Below are positions 1 to 8,759 of a stretch of DNA of 54,025 nt, piece after piece (position 1 is the first letter of the stretch; each line of letters opens with the position of its first letter). The stretch comes from a virus (taxonomy: Duplodnaviria; Caudoviricetes): IMG/VR virus record IMGVR_UViG_3300008448_000113, positions 1 to 54,025 of that record; one strand, written 5' to 3'. Under the pieces are notes generated by a model. That model saw only the letters and a list, made by a program, of their open reading frames with translations. It was not told where the DNA came from and did not search any database. The position numbers and the translations under genes are program-made.

Positions 1-1785
1 CCCATCGGAGTCATAGGGTCATCGGGATCTACGGGTCCAACGGGTGCAACGGGACCACAAACAATCACTGGAACCGCGGGTGTGCAGGGAGTTAGTGGTG
101 TTGCGGGTACTGCTGCGACGGGTGTACAAGGACCAACCGGACCTGTAGGTTCTACCGGACCAACGGGACCGTTGGGATATTCGGGTTCCACGGGCGTACA
201 GGGTATTACAGGTGTTACAGGGTCTACTGGACCATTAGGTTCAACAGGTCCAACGGGTGCAACAGGTGCGATAGGTCCGAGTGGACGGCAAGGAATTCAA
301 GGTATTACCGGTGTGATTGGTGTAACCGGTCCTTCTGGAGATATCGGTCCAACTGGACCCATAGGAATAACCGGACCAACTGGAGTAGGCCCCGCTGGGT
401 CAACTGGCCCTGTGGGAGAATCGGGACCGATAGGATCACAAGGAATTAGAGGAGCAACTGGACCTACCGGTGCGGCAGGACCATCGGGAAGTACAGGACC
501 AAACACATTCGGTGGTGCGGGAATTTCTGGACCAACGGGTGCAACGGGTGTCATCGGTGTAACAGGTCCAACAGGTGCACAAGGACGAACGGTATATTAT
601 GTTACCGGTGTTTGTGCGGCGGTCCACGCAAATGCAACCACAACGCATACCGACACAACAGTATATCACAGTGATACGTCAACTCCACATGGTAATTCTG
701 TTGCACATTCCAACATAACCATCGCAGGGTCACACGCTAATATCGCTGCATCACACACAGATTCAACAGCACATACGAACGCAACTACTACACACGGTGA
801 TGGTACCACAACGCACACAAATAGTAGTATTGCGTTTACAAACACGACTGCTCATAGTAACATTTCACCATCGCATAGTGATATTATCACTCACACAAAT
901 ATTTCCACAATTCACGGAGATGGTACACCACATACTAATATTGCGGCATCACACGCAAATGAAGCTGCGGTTTCACATACAGATAGTGCAACGCATTATG
1001 ATGGTGCTACGGAATTTGTTAATATTACCACACACTTCGATGTAGACCCATCACACGTAGATGGAGTACCTCACACAAACGTAAGTCCATTTCATGCAGA
1101 TGAAGCACCATCACATTCAAATTACGCAGCATCGCATGCAAATATCGCAGGTAATCATACCGATACAACCAATTTACACATAGATTACTATCTTGGTATT
1201 GACCCTGTTACGCACGGTGATACTCCTGCTAGTCACGCAGATATCACATCACCACATACAAATTATGCAGTACCGCATTCCGATGGGACTTCAAATCATT
1301 CAGATATAACAGTACCGCATTCCGATATCACAACGCATGCAAACACATATAGTACTCATTATGATCAAATAGCACATCAAGATACTGTAGCAAGTCATGC
1401 AAACTTTGTTGATCATTCTGATATCGTTGCTATACCACATTCCAATGAAACAACAAACTTTACAAATAGTGTTGTGCATACGGATATTCCTGCAACACAT
1501 ACTAATATTGCATCGCATGATGATATTACCATAACTCACACGGATATTGTGACACATACTAATATTACAGCGACTCACACCAATATAACGCCGTCACATG
1601 CAAATATATCTCCGTCGCATGCAAATGCAACACCACATACAAATATCAATATATCGCATGACGATATTACTATTACTCCAAGTCATACTAATGCAACACC
1701 ACACACAAATATTACCACCGCACACTCAAATGTAGCAGCATCGCATTCAAATGTCGCGGCATCACATTCGAATTCTACCACGTAA
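1..1785 (+). CDS. Collagen-like fibre protein with C-terminal HxD/N repeat array (5'-partial)
   Basis: Frame is open from base 1 ([15 protein letters not shown]...), so the true start lies upstream of the window. Gly-X-Y (GPT/GST/GAT) repeats run to about 585. H-x-[DN] motifs then recur every 6-9 aa from 625 to 1773. Confidence 0.85.
   Translation, partial: PIGVIGSSGSTGPTGATGPQTITGTAGVQGVSGVAGTAATGVQGPTGPVGSTGPTGPLGYSGSTGVQGITGVTGSTGPLGSTGPTGATGAIGPSGRQGIQGITGVIGVTGPSGDIGPTGPIGITGPTGVGPAGSTGPVGESGPIGSQGIRGATGPTGAAGPSGSTGPNTFGGAGISGPTGATGVIGVTGPTGAQGRTVYYVTGVCAAVHANATTTHTDTTVYHSDTSTPHGNSVAHSNITIAGSHANIAASHTDSTAHTNATTTHGDGTTTHTNSSIAFTNTTAHSNISPSHSDIITHTNISTIHGDGTPHTNIAASHANEAAVSHTDSATHYDGATEFVNITTHFDVDPSHVDGVPHTNVSPFHADEAPSHSNYAASHANIAGNHTDTTNLHIDYYLGIDPVTHGDTPASHADITSPHTNYAVPHSDGTSNHSDITVPHSDITTHANTYSTHYDQIAHQDTVASHANFVDHSDIVAIPHSNETTNFTNSVVHTDIPATHTNIASHDDITITHTDIVTHTNITATHTNITPSHANISPSHANATPHTNINISHDDITITPSHTNATPHTNITTAHSNVAASHSNVAASHSNSTT
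625..1773 (+). repeat. Coding HxD/N repeat array 1
   Basis: Units such as [14 protein letters not shown] and HANISPS; roughly 55 units estimated from length and period. Confidence 0.9.
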
Positions 1786-1790
1786 TCATT

Positions 1791-2639
1791 ATGCCACGTT
1801 TTTTTCCGCTTGGTACACCAACTACCGCTAGTATAGCCAAAGCAGCATTATTTGCGTTTACTGCAAGTATTGCTTTAAACGCAAATGTACTCACTGCATC
1901 ATTTGCTTCGGGTTCTGTTGGTGTGATGGGAGTTGGAGGACCAACCGGTCCACGAGGACCAACAGGAATATCTGCTTCTGGGTCCACTGGACCGACCGGT
2001 GCAACTGGACCAACGGGACCGGCAGGTGTAGGACCAACGGGACCGTCCGGTGTGATAGGAATAACGGGTATTACAGGAACCACAGGACCAACAGGATCTA
2101 CGGGTCCAACCGGTGCAACGGGACCAACCGGACCAACTGGAATAGTCGGTATTACAGGACCAGTTGGTCCAACGGGTATTGGGTCATTAATATCGGGAAG
2201 TACTGGTGTACAAGGTTCTACGGGAGCAACAGGTCCAACAGGTACACGAGGTGCAACGGGAGTAACAGCGGGTGTCATTGGTATTACTGGTGCTAGTGGA
2301 TTGGCAAATATTATTGGTCCTACGGGACCGGTAGGAGCAACAGGACCTACTACCATCGGTGGAACAGGACCAACCGGACCACAAGGGTCTGCAGGACCAG
2401 TTGGACCAACGGGACCGAGTGCAGACGCACCATTAACAGGTTCGTTGGGTGTTGGAGGTATTACGGGAATTCAAGGACCAACCGGAGCACAAGGTATTCG
2501 TGGAGCAGACGCAGGATGTCCAGCAGGAACCGTAGTATGTACGGGGTTATCCCCATCCAATACATCATTGTATGGATTGGTATGTGCAACATTACCAACT
2601 GGATGTGGTGGTAGTTTTACATGCCCACCGACAATCTAA
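1791..2639 (+). CDS. Collagen-like protein with Cys-rich C-terminus
   Basis: Gly-X-Y (GPTG) repeats, a hydrophobic Ala-rich N-terminal segment, and 5 Cys in the last ~40 aa. Confidence 0.85.
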   Translation: MPRFFPLGTPTTASIAKAALFAFTASIALNANVLTASFASGSVGVMGVGGPTGPRGPTGISASGSTGPTGATGPTGPAGVGPTGPSGVIGITGITGTTGPTGSTGPTGATGPTGPTGIVGITGPVGPTGIGSLISGSTGVQGSTGATGPTGTRGATGVTAGVIGITGASGLANIIGPTGPVGATGPTTIGGTGPTGPQGSAGPVGPTGPSADAPLTGSLGVGGITGIQGPTGAQGIRGADAGCPAGTVVCTGLSPSNTSLYGLVCATLPTGCGGSFTCPPTI

Positions 2640-2679
2640 ACTACTTATATAAGATAAATTGATTACATCGGAGTGATAA

Positions 2680-5289
2680 ATGCCAAAAGCACCAGGCAGT
2701 GTATGGGTAAGTGGAACAGAATTTCATTTTGTCGATAATACGGGTGTAGAATACTACTATATCGGTACATCGGTAGGAACTCCTGCCGGTGCAGTGCCTG
2801 GTTCTATTTGGGTCGATAGTAGTGATTTTCATTATATCGATTCGTCGGGAACGGATAGATTAATTGCAAGTACCGACTTAGGAGCAGTATCAGGAGCACG
2901 ACCAGGATCAGTTTGGGTAGAAAGTACTTTTTGGAATTGGATATCATCGGGTACAAATAAAAGAAGAGGACACACTGATGTTGCTGCAAGTCATACCGAT
3001 TTAACAACTCCCGCCGCACATACAAATGCAACTACCGCATTTGTTAATTCTACTATACCCGCATCACATACCGATGGTACTACAGCTCACACCGATGCAA
3101 CTACCACGGCATCACATAGTGATGCCACTACAACACATACGGATTTAACTACCCCCGCATCGCATAGTGATGGTACAACCCCTCATAGTGACGGAACAAC
3201 CCCCGCATCGCACAGCGATGGTACCACACCACATAGTGATGCCACAACAACTGCGTCGCACAGTAATGCAACAACACCTCACAGTGACGGTACAACCCCT
3301 GCGTCACACAGTAATGCAACAACTGCACATAGTGACGGTACAACTCCTGCATCACACAGCAATGCAACAACTGCATTTGTTAATTCTACAATAACAGCAT
3401 CGCACAGTAATGCAACAACAGCATTTGTCAATTCCACCGTACCTGCATCACATAGTGACGGAACAACTCCACATAGTGATGCTACCACACCAGCATCGCA
3501 TAGCGATGGAACAACTCCGCATAGTAACGCCACAACAACTGCTTCACACAGTGATTTAACAACACCATTTGCTAATTCTACCACACCAGCGTCGCATAGT
3601 GACGCAACTACAACATTCGTTAATTCCACAATACCTGCATCACATAGTGACGGAACAACTCCACATAGTGATGCTACCACACCAGCATCGCATAGTGATG
3701 CGACGACATCACATAGTGATGCTACAACACCCGCGTCGCATACAAATTATGCAACGCATTCTAATATAAGTACTCCACATGCAAATGCCGCATCGTCGCA
3801 TAGTGATTTCGCATCACATTCAAACGTGGCAGCTTCACATGGAAACGTAACCGGACATGCAAATACAGCTGCATCACATACCAATTATGCAACACATGCC
3901 AATGCCCCATCGTCGCACGCTAATATTATAGCACACTCAAATCAAGCGGCAAGTCATACTAATTATGCTACACATGCAAATGAAGCACCTACACACACTA
4001 ATTATGCAATACACGCAAACACACCAGCCGATCATAGTAATACGTACACCCAACACGGAAATACTCCAGGAAGTCATTCCGATACAACTATTATTCACGT
4101 AGATTATTATTTTGGTTTTCCAGAAGAAGCTCACGGAGATGTTCCGGCCAGTCATGCAGACACTTCGATAACACACGACGATGGGCCAGCGTATCATAGT
4201 AATTATGCAGCACCTCATTCAAATTATGCATTACATGGTGATGATACAATCTTCCATTCGGATGATGCATCGCATGGTGACGATACAATCTTCCACACAA
4301 ATTATGCAACGCACGATGATTCTACAAATCCCCACACAAATTATGCAACGCATGGGGACGATACAATCTTCCACACAAATTATGCATCACACACAAACTC
4401 ATCTGATCCTCATGCAAATATCATAAATCATTCTGACGGAACTACACCACATGCAAATACTTCCCCGTCACATGGAAATCAAACACCGCATGGTGATGCA
4501 ACAACCAACCCAAGTCACACCAATATCAGTCCTTCGCATTCGGATGGAACAACACCGGCAAGTCACGCGAATATTGTAGCATCACACTCAGATATAACTA
4601 TAAATTCAAGCCATACAGATATTGCGGCATCACATGCAGACGCAACAACGAATCCAAGCCACACGGATGTTTTGGCATCACATACGGATGGAACAACACC
4701 AGCAAGTCATTCAAATATTAGTCCATCGCATGCAGACGCAACAACTAATCCGAGTCATGCAAATATTAGTCCATCGCACTCGGACGCAACAACGAATCCA
4801 AGCCATACTAACATTGTTGCATCGCACTCCGATGGAACAACACCGGCAAGTCATACAGATATTGCTGCGTCACATTCCAATGCAACAACGCCAGCAAGTC
4901 ATGCAAATATAGCATCTGCACACACCAACGCAACCACAAGTCCAAGTCATGCAAATATTACCCCGGCACACACCAACGCAACCACAAGTCCAAGTCACGC
5001 AGATATTGTCGCATCACATTCTGATGCGACAACACCGGCAAGTCACGCGGACATCGTTGCTTCGCACTCGGATGGAACAACCCCCGCAAGTCACACAGAT
5101 ATTGCCGCATCACACTCTGACGGAACAACACCGTCGAGTCACGCAAATATCGCAGCATCACATTCCGATATAACCATTAACCCAAGTCATACAGATATTG
5201 TTGCATCACACGCGGACGGAACAACCAATCCAAGTCACAGTGATGGAACTACGGTGCACAGTGACCAACCTGTACTTGTTGGGGCTTGA
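2680..5289 (+). CDS. Giant HxD/N repeat protein (putative fibre, putative radical SAM substrate)
   Basis: N-terminal ~95 aa contain three PGS[VI]WV repeats, followed by ~765 aa of H-x-[DN] repeats. Confidence 0.85.
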   Translation: MPKAPGSVWVSGTEFHFVDNTGVEYYYIGTSVGTPAGAVPGSIWVDSSDFHYIDSSGTDRLIASTDLGAVSGARPGSVWVESTFWNWISSGTNKRRGHTDVAASHTDLTTPAAHTNATTAFVNSTIPASHTDGTTAHTDATTTASHSDATTTHTDLTTPASHSDGTTPHSDGTTPASHSDGTTPHSDATTTASHSNATTPHSDGTTPASHSNATTAHSDGTTPASHSNATTAFVNSTITASHSNATTAFVNSTVPASHSDGTTPHSDATTPASHSDGTTPHSNATTTASHSDLTTPFANSTTPASHSDATTTFVNSTIPASHSDGTTPHSDATTPASHSDATTSHSDATTPASHTNYATHSNISTPHANAASSHSDFASHSNVAASHGNVTGHANTAASHTNYATHANAPSSHANIIAHSNQAASHTNYATHANEAPTHTNYAIHANTPADHSNTYTQHGNTPGSHSDTTIIHVDYYFGFPEEAHGDVPASHADTSITHDDGPAYHSNYAAPHSNYALHGDDTIFHSDDASHGDDTIFHTNYATHDDSTNPHTNYATHGDDTIFHTNYASHTNSSDPHANIINHSDGTTPHANTSPSHGNQTPHGDATTNPSHTNISPSHSDGTTPASHANIVASHSDITINSSHTDIAASHADATTNPSHTDVLASHTDGTTPASHSNISPSHADATTNPSHANISPSHSDATTNPSHTNIVASHSDGTTPASHTDIAASHSNATTPASHANIASAHTNATTSPSHANITPAHTNATTSPSHADIVASHSDATTPASHADIVASHSDGTTPASHTDIAASHSDGTTPSSHANIAASHSDITINPSHTDIVASHADGTTNPSHSDGTTVHSDQPVLVGA
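2971..5265 (+). repeat. Coding HxD/N repeat array 2
   Basis: HSDGTTP/HSDATTPAS-type units with 7/9 spacing in the outer arms and 6/7 spacing in the inner arms; roughly 100 units estimated. Confidence 0.9.
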
Positions 5290-5314
5290 CAAATAGTTAA
5301 CTTAGTAGTATATT
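5286..5314 (+). promoter_or_regulatory. Sigma70-like promoter upstream of the radical SAM gene
   Basis: TTGACA-N17-TATATT, followed by an AGAGG Shine-Dalgarno before ATG 5347. Confidence 0.8.
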
Positions 5315-5346
5315 AAAGTTTGATTCATTAAAAGAGGTTTTATTAT

Positions 5347-6648
5347 ATGACAATTGAGTTAGAACCAGTTGGAGTAGTATGTAATTTAAGTTGTCCATAT
5401 TGCTATGAACATCCGATGCGTGATGCTGGAAACTTTCGGCATAAAACGTATAGCGTCGAAAAGATGTTACAGGGATTGGAACGTGAGGGTGGTCACTTCA
5501 CATTATTTGGTGGTGAACCATTATTAACGGATATTGACGATTTAGAAACCATTTTTAAATGGGGATACGAACGTTACGGTGGTAACGGTATCCAAACAAA
5601 TGGTACGTTAATAACCGAACGTCATATTGAAATGTTTAAAAAATATAAAGTGCACGTGGGTATTTCCGTGGACGGACCAGATGATATGAATGATACTCGT
5701 TGGGCTGGTTCCTTGGAAAAGACACGGGAATCCACACAGAAGTCCATGCATGCTATCAAACGATTGCTGGATGAAAAAATGTCAATGGGTATTATTATTA
5801 CTGTCCATAAAAAGAATGGATTGCCCAAGTATAGAGAACGATTTAAAAATTGGATTCGGGAATTAAAATCTTGGGGAGCAGACGGCGCACGATTACATCC
5901 GTTGGAAGTTGATCATAGTGCTGTTGGTGAGACGTTGGCATTGTCGTCTGAACAAAATATAGAATTTTTGTTGGACATGTGGGAATTTGAAATTTCCGAA
6001 TTGAAGGGAACATTTACCTTTGATATTTTCCGTGACGTAGATTATATGATGCGTGCAGCGGATAATAGTGCAACGTGTACATTCTTGGCATGTGACCCAT
6101 ACACAACACACGCAGTACAGGGAATTGATTCACAAGGTAATCAATCAAATTGTGGTCGTGGTAATAAAGACGGTATCAATTGGATTAAAGCCCAATATGA
6201 CGGATTTGAACGACAAATGGCATTGTATCACACCCCAGAAGAACATGGTGGTTGCCAAGGATGTAGATTCTTTGTAATGTGTAAGGGGCATTGTCCGGGT
6301 ACTGGATTGGATATGGATTGGAGAAATAAACCAGATTCGTGTCTAAGTTGGAAAGTTTCATTTGGTATTTATGAAAAGTTGATGTTGAAACGAGGTGAAA
6401 CACCGTTATCATTACATCCAGACTTAAAGAAATACGAAGAGTTAATGTTACACGGATTCAGCCGTGGGGTTGAATTACGTTTGTCTCAAATCAAAAAACA
6501 TTTGGAAACGGGATATAATCTCGACGCATATATAGAAGCAACATTGGAAAACATGAGACGAGGATTTCCAAAACCACACGCCGACCACACAGATAATACA
6601 GGCAAATATAAACAAGAGTATTTTGAGAAGTACGGTATAGAACTTTAA
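5347..6648 (+). CDS. Radical SAM/SPASM-domain peptide maturase-like enzyme
   Basis: CNLSCPYC (CxxxCxxC), FGGEPL, QTNG and ISVDGP motifs. C-terminal Cys cluster CTFLAC...C...CQGCRFFVMCKGHCPG...C is SPASM-like. Confidence 0.9.
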   Translation: MTIELEPVGVVCNLSCPYCYEHPMRDAGNFRHKTYSVEKMLQGLEREGGHFTLFGGEPLLTDIDDLETIFKWGYERYGGNGIQTNGTLITERHIEMFKKYKVHVGISVDGPDDMNDTRWAGSLEKTRESTQKSMHAIKRLLDEKMSMGIIITVHKKNGLPKYRERFKNWIRELKSWGADGARLHPLEVDHSAVGETLALSSEQNIEFLLDMWEFEISELKGTFTFDIFRDVDYMMRAADNSATCTFLACDPYTTHAVQGIDSQGNQSNCGRGNKDGINWIKAQYDGFERQMALYHTPEEHGGCQGCRFFVMCKGHCPGTGLDMDWRNKPDSCLSWKVSFGIYEKLMLKRGETPLSLHPDLKKYEELMLHGFSRGVELRLSQIKKHLETGYNLDAYIEATLENMRRGFPKPHADHTDNTGKYKQEYFEKYGIEL

Positions 6649-6666
6649 AACATAAGAGGATATGTT

Positions 6667-7050
6667 ATGGAAAACGGAATATTACACGCAGACCACATTG
6701 ACGAAACTGGTGCATACGCACGACGATTTCAAGTTGTTAAGGAGTTGGTAGACAATGGAACATTGACACAAATTCCAGAAGAATTTCGTGTAGGTGCAAC
6801 CGCATTATCACAGCAGGAAGTAGTTCCTGTTACACAAGAAAATTCCAAATTTTCATTTTATGATGAGTTTGGTCAAAAGCACGCAGACCACGTAGATGAA
6901 ACGGGTGAGTATCGTAAAGCATGGGAATCCATGTTTGGTCCTATGAACGGGGATAATAATGTATCATCCGAAGATACTCCTGCAAATACCGAATGGAAAT
7001 CGTTCCTACAACAGTTAATTGCAGAAGAAAAAGCAAAACTCAATATTTAA
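6667..7050 (+). CDS. Small acidic protein with two HADHxDETGxY motifs
   Basis: AGAGG SD; the motif is shared with the radical SAM C-terminus. Confidence 0.75.
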   Translation: MENGILHADHIDETGAYARRFQVVKELVDNGTLTQIPEEFRVGATALSQQEVVPVTQENSKFSFYDEFGQKHADHVDETGEYRKAWESMFGPMNGDNNVSSEDTPANTEWKSFLQQLIAEEKAKLNI

Positions 7051-7066
7051 TTTTAACCCAAAGGTT

Positions 7067-8539
7067 ATGCAACGTTTAAATAGTGTATTACCAGATTGGA
7101 CACGAATACAGTGGACCAACATGGAAAATAAAATAAAGTATGGTCCAATTTTAAATTCCATAACACATGCGTGGAAACAAATTGAACGAATGTCTGTTGT
7201 ACACGATTTACGATCCTGTACATTAGATAGTATTAGTTCCACGGAACTTATAGCACTGACAGAAGAATACAAGAAATACGGTGTGTACATTGTTCCATTG
7301 GCAAAGGAAGGAATAACACACACATATTCTTCTACAACACAACCATATATTAACGGTAAACCCTATCGTTTGCGTGTGGTGTTTACAAAGTCGGAAGAAC
7401 TGGCACAAGAATTTTTCACGGTGTGGAATGCACCGGTGCTGGATAATTCCCGAATTGGTGAACTTCTTGGGTATCCAAAGTGTTGTACCGATTTTTATAA
7501 AAAGTATTGGGTTGATCAACGATTTGTAGATACTACGTGGGTAATGTCGGTTGATAAATTACCAATTGACGAAGAGGCACGAACCGTACATATTAAATCC
7601 GACACACCACCAGAATGTAATATTTTGTGGCGTTGGCAGGGTGTACGATTGGTTTCGCATTTACCATGTTCATTTGATTGTGAACATACGGTTGATATTG
7701 GTAGACGAAATGCAGAACTTGGACGTAAACTTGGATTCAATGCTGAAATGGATTTGGCATACGAGTTGTTGACTTGGCCTGTGGAATGGTCTGCGTTACA
7801 CGGTATTGCGGAAATTAAAACGCCAATCAACAAAGTATCCTCACGTACAGATATGACACCGTGGAAATACACAGTACAAAAACATAGTGATATGTATCCA
7901 GAAGATGGCGCATCGGGTACCATGTATCCGTACACAGAAAAGAAACTCAAGATTAAACCAATAACTACAACTAAGTCGTTTTTGAAATCACTTGAAGATA
8001 CATCTGTTTGGGAAGAAAACGGATTCCGTTACAAGGAAGCAATGGATCATTTTCACGAAGTGGTAGTTGAAGCAATTGGTAATATGAAGTATGTACCTTC
8101 GGGTAATGTCCTTGACCTTGGTTGTGGTAATGGTGTATTGTTAGGTCGTGTTGTTGGAGACAGAGCAGACTTAATTCCACATGGTGTTGAAATGGACCGT
8201 CAACGATGTATGTCGGCAGCAACCACTATCCATTGGGGATATTTCACGTTGGGTAATATATTCGACCTCAATACATGGAAGGAAGATTATTATAGTATGG
8301 TGCTGTTGATGCCAGGACGTTTGATGGAAACTGCAAAAGAAACGGCAGAGGCATTCAGAAAACAATTATACGATAAGACAGACTTACTACTTATTAATCT
8401 GACATGTGATTGGACTGTTAAGTATAAGACTATCGATAATATGATGGTGTTAACCGGTCTAGACAAAGATTGGGAACCGGCTGGTCCTGTTGTACATAGA
8501 AAGGATGATGTCGCTCAATTATTTAAGAGGAAAGTGTAA
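7067..8539 (+). CDS. Cys-motif (DUF483-like) domain fused to a class I SAM methyltransferase
   Basis: GELLGYPKCC and HLPCSFDC motifs; C-terminal VLDLGCGNG. Start refined to ATG 7067 after AAGG. Confidence 0.7.
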   Translation: MQRLNSVLPDWTRIQWTNMENKIKYGPILNSITHAWKQIERMSVVHDLRSCTLDSISSTELIALTEEYKKYGVYIVPLAKEGITHTYSSTTQPYINGKPYRLRVVFTKSEELAQEFFTVWNAPVLDNSRIGELLGYPKCCTDFYKKYWVDQRFVDTTWVMSVDKLPIDEEARTVHIKSDTPPECNILWRWQGVRLVSHLPCSFDCEHTVDIGRRNAELGRKLGFNAEMDLAYELLTWPVEWSALHGIAEIKTPINKVSSRTDMTPWKYTVQKHSDMYPEDGASGTMYPYTEKKLKIKPITTTKSFLKSLEDTSVWEENGFRYKEAMDHFHEVVVEAIGNMKYVPSGNVLDLGCGNGVLLGRVVGDRADLIPHGVEMDRQRCMSAATTIHWGYFTLGNIFDLNTWKEDYYSMVLLMPGRLMETAKETAEAFRKQLYDKTDLLLINLTCDWTVKYKTIDNMMVLTGLDKDWEPAGPVVHRKDDVAQLFKRKV

Positions 8540-8540
8540 T

Positions 8541-8759
8541 ATGAATGATATAATTCCTGTCCCACTAGCAGTAAAATTATTGATTGAGTCGCACAAAGAA
8601 AAAGTTGACCAATCATTAAAAAATCTCACCGACGCTAATTTGGAATTAATGCAAATGTTAAATTTGTTACCATCGGAAGGATGGAGATTAGACATAGATA
8701 ATTTCAGATACGTCCGTATACAGAGTACTTCTATTGATGAACCTACACCCGTCGAGTGA
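8541..8759 (+). CDS. Hypothetical protein
   Basis: Fills the gap between two genes; ATG follows an AGAGG SD. Confidence 0.6.
   Translation: MNDIIPVPLAVKLLIESHKEKVDQSLKNLTDANLELMQMLNLLPSEGWRLDIDNFRYVRIQSTSIDEPTPVE

Noticed and set aside
297-5173. Many short alternative-frame and antisense ORFs over the collagen and His repeats
   Set aside because: By-products of low-complexity codon usage.
2971-5265. DNA repeats suggesting a CRISPR array or satellite
   Set aside because: The units are codon-degenerate, keep frame and have no unique spacers; they are protein-level repeats.
625-5265. His arrays as T4 gp37-type HxH iron needles or simple metal sponges
   Set aside because: Disfavoured but not excluded: the motif is HxD/N rather than HxH, Phe substitutes in register, and a SPASM enzyme is adjacent.
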